Program-made: the position numbers and the translations under genes
Part shown: positions 12,916-26,128 of the stretch, piece by piece
How positions within the stretch are numbered: position 1 is the first letter of the stretch
Layout of the letters: every line of letters begins with the position of its first letter
Assembly (NCBI GenBank): GCA_043228905.1
Contig: JBHGNT010000014.1
Coordinates: 17,546,001 to 17,610,000 of the forward strand
Length of the DNA: 64,000 nucleotides
Source: Azolla caroliniana
Taxonomy: Eukaryota; Plantae; Polypodiophyta
Direction: 5' to 3'
Notes under the pieces: generated by a model
The model's database searches: none
The model's input: only the letters and a program-made list of their open reading frames with translations
Told to the model about the DNA's origin: nothing

Positions 12916-14493
12916 GGTTGGTTACCATGTGTATAGATGGTCCTTGTTTTGTTGTTCATGCCCTAACACCCATACAAATGCATGGGGATTGTCACGCCAA
13001 CCCCTAGACGAATGGACACATGCACCGCTCTCTAGTTCCTAGTTGCGTGTCCCCACCCCCTCTGTGTGTGTGTGAGTGTGTGTGCAGAAAATGGTTTGCC
13101 CCTAGTGCTGAAGAAAGAAAGCAATCTCCTAGATGAGGGTATATTTCACTTGTCTTTGATATAAACATCACGTGTGGACTGGGTGGAAGCCCAAGCTTGC
13201 TTGGTGTTGAAAAACCGAGCTGTCAACGATATATTTCTTTTCCGATGGTGGGTTACTAATTAATGGGGCTGACAACTTTTGTTTTGGTTGTGGGACCTAA
13301 GCTTTCAACAATATCTTACCGCATTGTCGTGTTAGGTGAATGATCGCTCTACCCTATATAGAAGCTAGGTCTTCGAGGATAGCTTGTCTTATGGCAACGG
13401 GGTATTGGATAGATGAAAAGTTGCTTTTTGTTGGTGTAAAATATAAGATTTTAAGTATACTTTACACATCCAATGAGGTACAGAAATTGTTTTGTTTTGT
13501 GCAAACTTTTGGGGCTTTTGGGTATATCTTACTTGTTTGATGGTCAAGTATTGAACGAATGGACAACTGTTTGTCTAATGCAAACCTAGGTTTTCAAGAA
13601 TATCTTACACATCAAGTGAGGTGGGTTAACTACTTGTCTAGTTTACATTGATGTTTGGCACGAGATCACTAATCATAGAAAACATTGGTTTTCCGTTGAT
13701 CATTGTTTGTCTTATTCACGTTGTTGTGGCACGATTGAGTGCTTGAATAATGGCGGACAGACAATTGTTTGTTGGCCAATCAGACCGAGCTTTTTTCTAA
13801 AGAAAAGTATTGAAGAACTTTTTTCTACTAATATATATATAAGGTTTTTTGACATCTCTCGAAACCCATGAGAGCTTTTACGTCCACTTTACCTCCTTAT
13901 ACCAAACATATAAACCACATCAATATACATTTCCTACCACAATTGCATGCATCACGACTTAGTTGAATATGCATACTTTTTGTTTTTGCAAATATATCTT
14001 GGCACACACAGTTCAGAGGTGATTGAATACAATGAGCAAGTAATAGATGACCCCACATCGGTATGTTTTAAAATGTGGAAAGTTTCTTCTCCATGACCCA
14101 CCCATGATACATCCATGATCCATCCAAAATAGAGCTCATGTTATTCGAAGTCATCTAAATTATAGTACCATTATTACATTTGAACAAATCACAACATAAA
14201 TAATGGTAAATATATGGTCAATCACTTTAGTTATGACAGTAAGCATTACAATGTTACTTTTTCTTTTCTCTTGGGTAAACCCTAAAACCTTAGCTTGTTA
14301 ATTAATCACTAATTGTTGGTTAACCCACAAGTAAAAATATGCCCATTCAATAATTGCATTGTTCCTAACTAATGATTGATGATGTTTTTTATGAAAAAAA
14401 AAATGGCAAAAACTTTGAAATGCCCAATACCATCGAGTTTTCATTATTTCCCAATGTGGGCTTAAACAACCATGGAAAACAAGGGAACTTGAC

Positions 14494-14766
14494 TGTTGAG
14501 AATCAAACTCAACTTCCCTAGTGTGGGAACACACCTTAGTATACTCAAGTCTGTAAACACCCCACATCCTAGTATAGTAACTAGTGTGTCATAGAACTTT
14601 AAGGTTCTATGACACATACTTAGTAAGTAGTTAAGAGTCCACCTCCTTTCGAGTAGTGGTTGTAGTGAGAGAATGTAGAGAGAAGGTGACTATATAAGCA
14701 CCATCTCCTCCTCTTTGTAGCCTAGTTGTTGGTTATTGTATTCTCTTGTTAATACAATTTTCTGTG

Positions 14767-14813
<47 letters not shown>

Positions 14814-14867
14814 GACTACACAACACACACGCCTTCTGCTACACAGAATCAATCCCGATTCTTTACA
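14494..14867 (+). repeat. 5' LTR of copia A
   Basis: Direct repeat of 25718-26128; contains TATATAA, a (CT)n tract and a 13-bp inverted repeat; followed by the PBS. Confidence 0.93.
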
Positions 14868-16901
14868 TGGTATTAGAGCGATTGGTAGCTTGATCCAAGC
14901 CTATCCTCACGTGTAGCAGTTGTGTATACGCCGATGTTCACGAAGAACCGGTCGATCACTGTAGCAGCAATGTGCACAGTTCATATCAAGAGAAGAAGAA
15001 GAAGAAAACAAACTTGCTCCATACAAATCGATCAACATGAATACTCAGATGGGAAGCGCTCTTGCCACTGAGAAACTCGACAAAAATAACTTTGCATCTT
15101 GGGAGTGCAAGATGCACCAATACCTTGTCGATCAAGGCTATTGGAGTTACATCGAAGGAGCACAAGAAAATCAACCCAACCTGGCACATGCTGACCACCC
15201 AGCTTGGGAACAAGCGGCGAGTCGTGCGTTGTACTGCCTTGCATCATGTGTTCATGATCAAATGCCCGGCTACATCTGAGAGGCCAAAACGCCGAAGGAG
15301 GCGTGGGGGTACCTCAAAAAGATATTCGTAGCGAACACAACTGCACAAAAACTTCAACTCTAACAAGAGTTGAATGACATACAACAAAGGGATAGGTTAA
15401 TTAGTAGTTATACCTTGAAGATCAAGGAGTTGTGCGACTGCCTCGGGTTGATCAATGTCAACATTGACAACGATGAAATGGTGCAGATATGCCTCGGTGG
15501 CCTAGCACCTCAGTTCGGCGCAATAAGGTCGGTCGTCCTCGCGAGGGAGAATCCTCCCTCCTTCTTTGATCTCTAGTCGATGCTACTGGTTGAAGAAAAT
15601 CATGATTGAACGAGGAGCAATGTGCAAGGACACATGCTCTATTCAAACTTGGATGGAGGAAGGGGACAAAGTTGTGGAAGAAGAGGCCGATTCGGCCAAG
15701 TCTGACACAACCAGGAACAACACCGAGAACACAACTTCTACTACCAGCAAGACGTTTCAAACGCACGAGGCGGAGTGTCTAGTAGAAGGGGGAGCAATCA
15801 TGTCGTACCAAGCTGACAAAACAGTTACTCCGTTCAATGTGGATACTGTAGCAAATTCGGCCATCAGGAGACAGGGTGTCGGAAGAAGAAGAGCGAGTCG
15901 TCTTTCACAAGCTGACAACTCACTAACTATGCCTCAAACTCCGACTATGAAGATCGTGGCAAAATGCTCATGATGCGGCATAGACCAAATTTGGTGATTG
16001 CATCATGCCCGACAAGCACCTTCAACTCAGAAAATGTATGGTTTGTCGACTTGGGTGCATCCAATCACATGCAGATTGGTTTCGAGAGCTACGAAAGCCC
16101 GAACGACCTAGCTACATGGAAACATGGGATGACACAATTCACCCCATCCAACATGTCGGTAATGCCCCATTTAGTGAGCAGGGAAATCAAACCTACATTA
16201 AGAACGTCTTGCATGTTCCAACTATAACAAAACATCTGGTCTCGGTCGGCCAGATCGTGGAACAGGGCACGCAAGTTTGAGTTAACGACGGTGGTTGATT
16301 CATCGAAAAGGAAGGACGAATTATCGCTCACGCTTGAAGAGAAGGCCGAATGTTCATCCTCGATTCTCACGAGATGAAATTGGCAATGTTTGCCAAGGGC
16401 CATAAAACCGACATCGACATAGAGCTATGGCATAAAAGAACTAGCCACATTAATCTCCAAAAGCTGAAAGGAATGCAATCAAAAGGAGTCTTCATCAAAC
16501 TTCCGACCTTTACCAAGAAGGAGATTATAGGTGTATGCGAAACATGCCAATTCGGCAAACAACATTGTTAACCGTTCCCAAAAGAGAGGAACATGAGCAA
16601 AAGGATCCTGGATGTAATACATTCAAATGTATGGGAACCAACCCAAACGACCATATTCGGTGGTTGTTGATACTATGTGGCGTTCATCGACAACTTCTCC
16701 AGGCACACCTGGATATTCCCAATGTTGCAGAAGTATAAAGTGTTCTCGCACTTCCAAAAATTCAAAACAAAGTTGAAAAGGCAACCGGTCGGCATGTTTG
16801 ATGCCTTCGATTAGACAGCGGTAAGGAATATTTCTTCGATGCCTTCACAACATACCTTCGACGAGAAGGAATTCGGTAGGAGTTCACCTACCTACACACA
16901 C

Positions 16902-17314
16902 TGTTGAGGGGCAAGCTCAACCGGAGCCGGTAAGCGAGACGGATCGGGCGAAACGGATCGGGCGAAACGGATCGGTATGACGGTGAGCAACCGAACCGGC
17001 AAGCAGTGGAGGCCGGGTGCAATCCGTAACCGGCAGTCCAATCGGAAGCCTAGAATAGGATAGAATACTAGGTATCTATAGTCTCGTAGTAAGTGTCAGA
17101 TGCTCGTGTGAGCATTGAAGTACATGGTACTTCTGTCAGTCCCAAGAGGACTTGTATAAATAGTGCTACTTAGCACAGTGTGTATCGATAGAGTCTTGAT
17201 ATAATTTTGAAATTGTGTTCTGCTCTCTCTGTCTCTCTCTCTCTCGCTCTCTCTCTTTCTCTGTGTGTGTGTGTTGTTCTCTGTTTTACGCTTCCGCAAA
17301 CACTTTCGTTTTCA
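16902..17314 (+). mobile_element. Solo LTR of the copia B family inserted in the integrase of copia A
   Basis: TGTTGAG...TTTTCA flanked by a perfect CACAC TSD. It is homologous to the reverse complement of the B LTRs and interrupts the degenerate TPQQNGVAERKN motif of A. Confidence 0.92.
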
Positions 17315-18472
17315 CACACCTTAGTAGAACAGAGTAGCTGAACGAAAGAACTGGCATATAATCGAGGTGGCAAGGGCAATGATGAATGAGAAACATCTTC
17401 TGAAATCATACTAGGTTGAAGCGGCAAACACAACCATCTATCTAATGAATCATTGCACAATATCCAGAGTGCATGATATTACCCCCCATGAGAAGTTCTA
17501 TGGAAAGATTTCTGACTTATCCCACATTAGGATATTCGGCTCTGTCGCATTCATACGTATTCCTGACGAGAAGCGGCAAATGCCCGATCCAAAATCGGAG
17601 AAGTGTATCCTCGTGGGGTACTCGCTCGAACAAAAGGGGTATAAGTGCTTCAAGCCTTCTACCAAGAAGGTACAAGTGAGTGGGGATGTCGTATTCGACA
17701 AATTGGCATCTTGGTACACAGTCATCCCAGCTTCATTAGATGAAGTTCAATCTCAACCAGATTGAGTGGACCACAGGAGCCACCGAACAACCATAACATG
17801 TCACGGCCAAGTCCGAAATTGGATAAAGGGAAGGCCAAAATGCCTGAGTACGAAGACCTAGATGGAAACAAATCCACTCACCAAGACACTTAGTGAGTAT
17901 GGTGGATTGGATGTGCCTATCATGAGGACACCAAGAGCTAAGAAAGCATCCTCGAAGACAGGTGAACAACCACACCGGTTCACCCGAGAGAAGAACGTAG
18001 TCAGTCGATTAAGCTACAACAACTACATGGTATATCATTATACATTGATGATGAAGGTGGCGATAGTCTGAGAGTCGAAAACTTTTTCCGAAGCCGCGAA
18101 GGACCCACGATGGGTCGAAGCGATGAATGAGGAGATGCAAGCACTCTCCAAAAATGAGACATGGGATCTCATGCCCGATTCACTCCATCAAAAGGCAATA
18201 GGATGCCGATGGATATTCAAAGTGAGGCACAATGCCGACGGCACCGTCAATCGGTATAAGGCCCTGACTTGTGGCAAAAAGATATGTGCAGACACACGAG
18301 GTCGATTACGAAGAGGCATTTTCCCTGGTGGCAAAGATGACTACCATTCGAACTGTGCTCGCGCTTGTAGCAACAAAAGGGTGTCACTTCCATCAGATGG
18401 ACGTCAAGAACACCTTCTCCAAGGTGAATTAGATGAGGAGGTATACATGGTACAACCACCTGGATTCAAGTC

Positions 18473-18513
18473 TGTCAAAGATTACTTGCGGAAGCGTTAG
18501 AAAGAACAATACA

Positions 18514-18563
<50 letters not shown>

Positions 18564-21500
18564 AAGACACACTATATTTCGAAAATTATATGAATACTCT
18601 GTGTTCTCTGTTTATGTCTACAACGCACTTATCAGCGCTATTTATACAAGTCCACATGGGATTGTTAGAAGTACGGTGTACTTCAATGCTCACACGAGCA
18701 TCTGACACTAACTACGAGACTATAACTGCCTAGTAGTCTAACCTATACTAGGCTTTTGGTTACGGATTGGATCCGGCATACCGGCTCGGTTGCTCACCGG
18801 TCCTTACTGCTTACCGGCTCGGTTGCTCACCGGCATACCGATTCATCTCGCTTACCGGCTCAGGCTTATTTAGCCGATCCGGCTCCGGTTGAGCTTGCCG
18901 CTCAACACTCCCCCTCAAGCTCAACCTGAGGTAGGGTCGTAGTGTCAACCTTTATGGCAGCCGGTTCTTCCAACCGACTTCTCCTGGCATCGCTTAGCCT
19001 TGCTCGCGCTCCTTGTCCGGTCCGGTCCCGTTTGCCGCGACCCCTTTGGTTCTGGCGCCTCGACCTCCGGCATGTTTGCTCAATAGACCCATCTCAGCTC
19101 CTTCGCTGCTATGACTCCGATGCTTGCCGATCTGTTGGTTCCACTGTGATGGCATCGACTTCCGTTGCGTCCATGTCTCCTTGGCCTCTCGTTGATCTGA
19201 CTCATCCGGGTCCGTCTGTTGATCCGAATCGGCTGTCTCCGACTTGTTCCAGCTCTTGTCCGAATCGGTATCCTCCGATTTGATTTTCGGCTTCAGGCCT
19301 CTCACCACATCGGACCACATCCGGGTCTTGGCTTTCTCCTTGCTTCCCTTGGCTTCTTCAGCCGGTTCACCGAAGTCGAATTCTTCATTCGACTCCGCAT
19401 CATGGCCATTACAATTGTGATGACCTCCACATAGCATGCACTTCTCTTCCTGAGTGTACACTTCTTCTTCACAGCCGCTCACTCTGACCTGTTCGGATGT
19501 GCCGACTTCCTTCGTCCACTCGGCTTCATTTTTCTTCTTGTCTCCACCTCTACCGGTTCTTCTCTTACCTACGGGTTCAACAATTTTTTTGCCTTTGCCC
19601 GTTTCGGTAGTGTTTTTGCCCTTGCGTCTCCCCCTCAAGTGCGGCACATCGAGATGCTGAACACCAAGCATTTCGGGAAAGTGCTGCAACTTGTCCGACC
19701 CGAGCGGCTTGGTGAAGATGTCGGCAACTTGCCGATCCGTGTGAACATACCGTAGTTCAACTTCACCGCTCAGGACCCGCTCACGCACGAAGTGATAATG
19801 CACTTCTATGTGCTTTGTGCGAGCATGGAACACAGGGTTCTTGGCGAGCTGCATGTTGTTGATGTTATCGCAGTAGATTAGGATCAGGGCCGGTACCTCG
19901 ATCCACAAGTCTTGCAGTAGTCGCCGAAGCCAAATGGCTTCGCAGGTGGCAACGGTCGCGCCCCGGTATTCAGCCTCAGTGTTGGATAGAGCCATTGTTG
20001 GCTGCTTTTTGCTGCTCCACGCAATAGCCGCGCTCCCAAGAGAAAACATAAAGCCGGAAGTTGAGCGACGATCCGTTGTATCGCCAGCCCAGTCGACATC
20101 CGTGTAGCCGAGAAGCTCTTCGGTTATACCTTGCCGGTATAAGAGCCCCCGGTCCTTAGTGCCGCTTACATACCTCAGTATTCGTTGCGCGCACTGAAGG
20201 TGCTTCACGGTCGGCTTTTGCATGAATTGGCTTACCACTCCGACCGGATAGCTAATGTCGGGTCGAGTGATGGTCAAGTATATCAGGCTTCCGACTATTT
20301 TTCGGAACCGTTTCTCATCCCAGGCTGGTCCGGAGTTGGGACAGATCTTCTGATTCTGGTCCAGGGGTGTGGAGACAGGTCGGCATTCCCTCATGCCGAA
20401 CTTGTATAGTATATTCAACACATAATGGCATTGAGAAAGCAATATACCGTCGGGGGTGCAGATCACCTCGATCCCCAAAAAATAATGAAGGTCCCCCAAG
20501 TCCTTTAGATCGAATGTGTCCAACAACTGGAACTTGACGCGGTTGATTTCCGGAAGACCTGGGCCGATGATGACTAAATCATCAACATAGATTAAGATAC
20601 ATACCAAACCGTTTGAGCCTTGACGGATGAACAGGGAAGAGTCCGACTTAGAGGCAACAAACCCCATCTCTCGCAATCGGTGCGTGATCTTAGCATTCCA
20701 AGCATGGGGGGCTTGCTTCAAGCTGTACAACGACTTCCTCAGCCGGCATACCGCCGACTTGTTCACCTCCGACTGAAATCCAGGGGGCTGAGTCATAAAG
20801 ACTTCTTCTTCAAGATCTCCTTGAAGGAAGGCATTCTTCACATCCATTTGATGAAGATGCCACCCCCTTGCCGCAGCAACCGCCAGTACCACACGAATCG
20901 TTGTCATCTTCGCTACAGGAGCGAAGGTCTCGTCGTAGTCGATTCCGTGGGTCTGCGCATATCCCTTCGCCACTAACCGGGCCTTGTACCGGTTAACTGT
21001 ACCGTCGGTATTGTACTTTATCTTGTACACCCACTTGCATCTGATCGGTTTACAGTGACGGGGAGGGTCAACCAGGTCCCAAGTTCCATTGGCATCCAGT
21101 GCCCGCATTTCTTCCTCCATAGCGGCACGCCAATTTGCGTCCTTTGCCGCTTCTGCGTAGCTCTCCGGCTCACGCACTTCCGCGACCTTGGTCATGTACG
21201 CATAATGATGCGCCATGTACTCGTTATACCCATACCGTTTAACGGGATCCTTCTGGCAGGTGGACCGGCGTAACTCACCGTTACCCGGTATGAGACCCTT
21301 CTTGGCTGGTTCGGTCTTCGTTCCCGAAGATTTGCCTATGTCCTTGCCGACGTCAGATACGCACCGATCTGACTCATCATTACCAGTCTCGAATTCCGAC
21401 ATCTTCTGCTTCCCTTTTTCCTTGCGTGTGAACCATCTCCTCGGTTCCTTGCGCGGGGAGAGCACGGTAGAGTCTCCACTACTCGTCGTCTCATCATCCG

Positions 21501-24433
21501 ACTGGTTGGACTAATCCAGTCTCTCATTCGGTCCGCTGAACCAGAATGATTCCGGACTCTTATCTTGAGTCCAGGCTTCATCTTTCTCTACCTGGGCCGG
21601 TTCAGGCTCACTAGCCCCATCCTTCGACATCGGGTTGGGATCGGAAGTCGGAGTCGGTAAGGAATACCACGATGCCGATTCATCAAACTCGACATCTCGG
21701 CTGACTCGGACTTGCTTCGTCCGGGGGTTATAACACTTATACCCCTTTTGCTCTTGAGCATAGCCGACCAGGATGCATTTTTCTGGTTTTGCATCCAGCT
21801 TTCTCCTCTTCTCATCCGGCACATGTACATAGGCTATGCTGCCGAATATCCGGAGGTGTCTGAAATTCGGCTTGCGCCCAAAATATAGCTCGTGAGCTGA
21901 CACCTTGTCCCCGATCCGGTTCTGGATGTAAACGACCGTTTGGACCGCCTCCGCCCAGTAGAACTTGGGCATGCTCTTTTCCTCTAGCATTGCCCTAGCC
22001 GCGTCAATCAACGACTGATTCTTCCTTTCGGCCACACCGTTCTATTGCAGTGTGTATCTGCAGCTGAATTCTCTCCGAATTCCTTTTTGTTGCAGATAGT
22101 TGTTGAATTGGCCAGAAAAGTACTCTTTTCCGCCATTCGACTGTAGGCATTTGATCTTCCTCTCCGATTCCCGTTCCACCATCTTCTGGAGGCTCCGGAA
22201 ACACTCGAAGACTTCGCTCTTCCGCTCAATGAGGTAGATCCACGTATGTCGAGTGTAGTCGTCGATTAAGGAGACAAAAGATCGACTCCCGCCAATGCTA
22301 ACATTTTGTGCTGGTCCCCACACATCCGAATGGATAAGATCGAGCTTGTTACGGCTTCGATTTCTTTCAATGGGGAATGGAAGCCGATGTTGCTTCCCGA
22401 GTTGGCAGGCTTCACAAATCTGGGCTCTCCGGTTGCTAAACTTCGGCAAACCGAAAACGACTTGTTCCATTTGCAGGTCTTGAAGCCTCTGGTAGTTGAC
22501 GTGGCCGATCCGCTTGTGCCACAGGTCAATATCTGACTTGACCTTCTGTTCTTTGGCGAACAGTGCAGTGCCGATGTCATTGGTGTTGAGGATAAACATC
22601 CTCCCATCTTTGCGCCCTTGCGCAATAACTTCGCCCTCATCCTCAATGAAGCACCTGAGGTGCGTAAACCGCACCTGCATCCCCTGGTCGACGATCTGTC
22701 CGACCGACACCAGGTTCTTCGTGATCGTCGGAACATGTAATACATTCATCAGCTTCCCCCTCTGTCCGATGTGACTCAAAGGGACCTCTCCGACGTGCAC
22801 GATCGGGTGGGGAGTGTCGTCTCCGGTTTCGACAACTCCCGGTTGATCCGGCTTCTCCAAAAAGGAGAACCACTCCCCGTGGCTTGTCATGTGGTTCAAT
22901 GCGCCGGAGTCAACGTACCACATTTCCTTCGATTTGGAAGTGGTCTTCTTCATTGAGTTTGCCTTGTGCTTCATCACCGAGGCTAGCCCCTTACCGTTCT
23001 TGGATCCTCCCGATCCGTTTGCGTAGTGCGAGCTTTGCCGACCTACCTTACCGGTCTTGCCGGATCCGGATTTGTCCGAATCGGCACGCTTTCTCCAGCA
23101 CTCGCTTTCCCTGTGGCCCTTTTTGCCACAATACCAGCATTCCGTAGCAGATTTGTCTTGCCGGCCTCCGGCACCACCTTGATTCCCCCTGCTTGTGGAA
23201 GTCCCGGAACTGCTGTCGGCATGCTCACTGTGCCTTCGTTCCTGCTCTTGCCGGCCGCCTCCATTGCGTGCCGACCTGCCTCGTCCACCACGCCTACGGG
23301 ACCGATCCGCTCCCGTGTACAACATCCGGCTGTCTGGGGATGCATTGGTAGATGCACCGGCATGGTTCTCCTCTACAAGGAGCATCGACTGTAAGTCGAA
23401 AAATGAGGGCGTATTCTCCCTTGTACAAACTGCAGTCCGGAAAGCTCCGAACTTGGATGCCATGCCTCCAAGATAAACCTACACCATCTCGTCTTCCTCT
23501 ATGGTGATGTTAATAGAGGCAAGTGAGTCACAGATCCCTTTCATCCGGTCTGTGTAATCTGCCACCGACATGTTCTTCTGTCGAACATTGCTCAACTCCT
23601 GTCTGAGTTGTAGCTTCCGGGAAGTGGTGCTTGCGGCAAAAACCTTTTTCAAGTTTCCCCAAGCATCCTTCGATGTCTTGGCGTCACGGATATGGCTGAG
23701 TAGCTGGTCACCAACACTGGACGCGAAGCAGTACATCACCCTGCTTGCCGCATGTTCCCACACTGGGAAGTCCTTGTGTGTCATCTCCGGTGCCGAGTCG
23801 TTCACTCCGTCGACATAACTCCAGTAGCCATGCCCAAGCAGGTACTAGTGCATCTTGTATGACCAAGATGCGTAGTTGGTTCTGTCGAGCTTCTCTACCG
23901 GGAGCGACGTAGCCATACCTCTGTCCATTTCTCCTTTTTGTGTCTGTTTTCCGATCTGTTAGGGTTTCTTTCACAAGCGTAGATGTCTACAGCAGAGGTT
24001 CTCAACCCACTCGCTCTGATACCATGTCAAAGATTGCTTGCGGAAGCGTTAGAAAGAACAATACACAAAGAGAGACAGAGAGAGAGAGCAAGACACACTA
24101 TATTTCGAAAATTATATGAATACTCTGTGTTCTCTGTTTATGTCTACAACGCACTTATCAACGCTATTTATACAAGTCCACACGGGACTGTTAGAAGTAC
24201 GGTGTACTTCAATGCTCACACGAGCATCTGACACTAACTACGAGACTATAACTGCCTAGTAGTCTAACCTATACTAGGCTTCTGGTTATGGATTGGATCC
24301 GGCATACCGGCTCCCCAGCTCACCGGTCCTTACTGCTTACCGGCTCGGTTGCTCACCGGCATACCGATTCATCTCGCTTACCGGCTCAGGCTTATTCAAC
24401 CGATCCGGCTCCGGTTGAGCTTGCCGCTCAACA
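18473..24433 (-). mobile_element. Ty1/copia LTR retrotransposon 'B', full length and relatively young, nested in the RT of copia A
   Basis: LTRs 24025-24433 (5') and 18473-18907 (3'), perfect AAGTC TSD, PBS TGGTATCAGAGC at 24013-24024, PPT at 18908-18919. The RT of A reads through the insertion (QPPGFKS|NTHPTIVCRLKK). Confidence 0.97.
18994..23928 (-). pseudogene. gag-pol polyprotein of copia B: one reading frame interrupted by four in-frame TAG stops
   Basis: The ATG at 23928 and ORFs 23479..23805, 22042..23463, 21511..22035 and 18994..21465 share one frame. Motifs: CCHC knuckle CWYCGKKGHRESEC, protease DSGA, HHCC, integrase, RT YVDD, RNase H. Confidence 0.92.
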
Positions 24434-25717
24434 AAGTCTAATACGCATCCAACTATTGTCTGCCGACTCAAAAAGCCTATCTATGGTCTCAACCTAGCAC
24501 CTTGAGCATGGCATTCGAAGATAAACCAATATCTTCATCAAATCGGCTTTAAAATGTCAAAATCTGACAATTCTCTGTTCATCTGGAACAACTCCAAAGG
24601 ACAACTATTCATCATAGTATATGTGGACGACTTGGTCATTGGAGGAGAGCACCTCAGAGATATCGAACATTCTAAGAAGCTACTCTCCAGGCGATTCAAA
24701 ATGAAAGACATGAAGGAGCTACATTACTTTCTAGGTATAGAAGTAATTCGGAATCCTGGCTGCATCATGATCTCCCAGCGACACTATATTCTCAATCTTC
24801 TTTACGAGTTTGAAATGACAAAGTGTAAGCCCGTCGCTACCCCTCTCAATCGAAACCTAAAGCTAGATGCGAGTCTAGCACAGAAGAGTGTGAGCCGACT
24901 TTCTATCATCAACTAGTCAGAAGTCTCATATTTCTCACCATTCCTCAACCTGACCTCAACTACCCGATCGGCCTCATTAGCCAGTTTATGAAGACACCAT
25001 GGAACATTCACCTGGACTATGCTAAGCAAGTGTTACGCTATGTAAGTGGGATGATGGACTTCGGCATCCTCTACAAATCGGCCACACCGATTCGACTCAA
25101 AGGGTACACCAATGCCGATTGGGCCGGTTACAAAGCCAACCGACGATCAATATTGGGATTCGTCTTCTCCCTTGGCAAGGTAGCCATATCATGGAGCAAT
25201 AAGAAGCAGTTGATAGTCGCACTGTCAAGCATGGAAGTAGAATACAGGGGCGCATCCATGGTAGCATGCGAAGCTGTTTGGCTTAAACGAATCTTGAAGG
25301 ATCTGGGCGTTCCCATCAAGGAACCGATTCTCCTCTACTGTGAGAACATGAGTAGCATCCACCTAGCCCGCAACCCATTATTCCATGCTCGGACCAAGCA
25401 CATTGAGGTGCACTATCATTTCATCCGAGAATGTGTCTTGGCCGGAGATGTCGACCTATAACACATCAACACAAACCTACAGACGGCCGACATCTTCACA
25501 AAGGCCCTTGAGACCGACAAGTTGCGGCAGTTCACGATGAACCTAGGTCTCTCAACCGCGGACCATCTGAGCTTGAGGGGGAGTAAGGTACAATCTGACA
25601 TGACATCGATCAGAGCAGATCGATCACGAGAGTAAGCCAGCCATCCACAGCCGAAGCCGACCCGAAGACCAATCCGAACCAACTATTCAGCGACCGGAAG
25701 TTGCGTTTGAAGGGTCC

Positions 25718-26008
25718 TATTGGAAATCAAACTCAACTTCCCTAGTGTGGGAACACACCTTAGTATACTCAAGTCTGTAAACACCCCACCTCCTAGTATA
25801 GTAACTAGTGTGTCATAGAACTTTAAGGTTTTATGACACATACTTAGTAAGTAGTTAAGTCTCAACCTCCTTTCGAGTGGTGGTTGTAGTGAGAGAACGT
25901 AAAGAGAAGGTGACTATATAAGCACCTTCTCCTCCTCTTTGTAACCTAGTTGTTGGTTATTGTTTTCTCTTATTAATACAATTTTCTGTTTTTCTGTATA
26001 ACGTGTGT

Positions 26009-26075
<67 letters not shown>

Positions 26076-26128
26076 TACACAACACATACACACCTTCCAC
26101 TGCACAGAATCAATCTTGATTCTTTACA
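25718..26128 (+). repeat. 3' LTR of copia A
   Basis: Matches the 5' LTR with a longer (CT)n; ends ...TTTACA followed by the TSD copy TTGAT. Confidence 0.92.

Larger units (their letters stand above)
14494..26128 (+). mobile_element. Ty1/copia LTR retrotransposon 'A', full length but decayed, hosting two nested insertions
   Basis: 5' LTR 14494-14867 (TG...CA), tRNA-iMet PBS TGGTATTAGAGC 14868-14879, 3' LTR 25718-26128, TSD TTGAC/TTGAT. Gag (EKLDKNNFASW), protease (WFVDLGASNHM), GAG-pre-integrase, integrase, RT (YVDDLVI) and RNase H (FHARTKHIEVHYHFIRE) appear in copia order with many stops and frameshifts. Confidence 0.95.

Noticed and set aside
18994-19630. env-like gene of a Sirevirus
   Set aside because: The extension is in frame with pol, hydrophilic and has no transmembrane segment; reported as an unknown extension instead.
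18942-23818. Plus-strand ORFs antisense to copia B
   Set aside because: Shadow ORFs of a GC-rich coding strand with no recognisable motifs.
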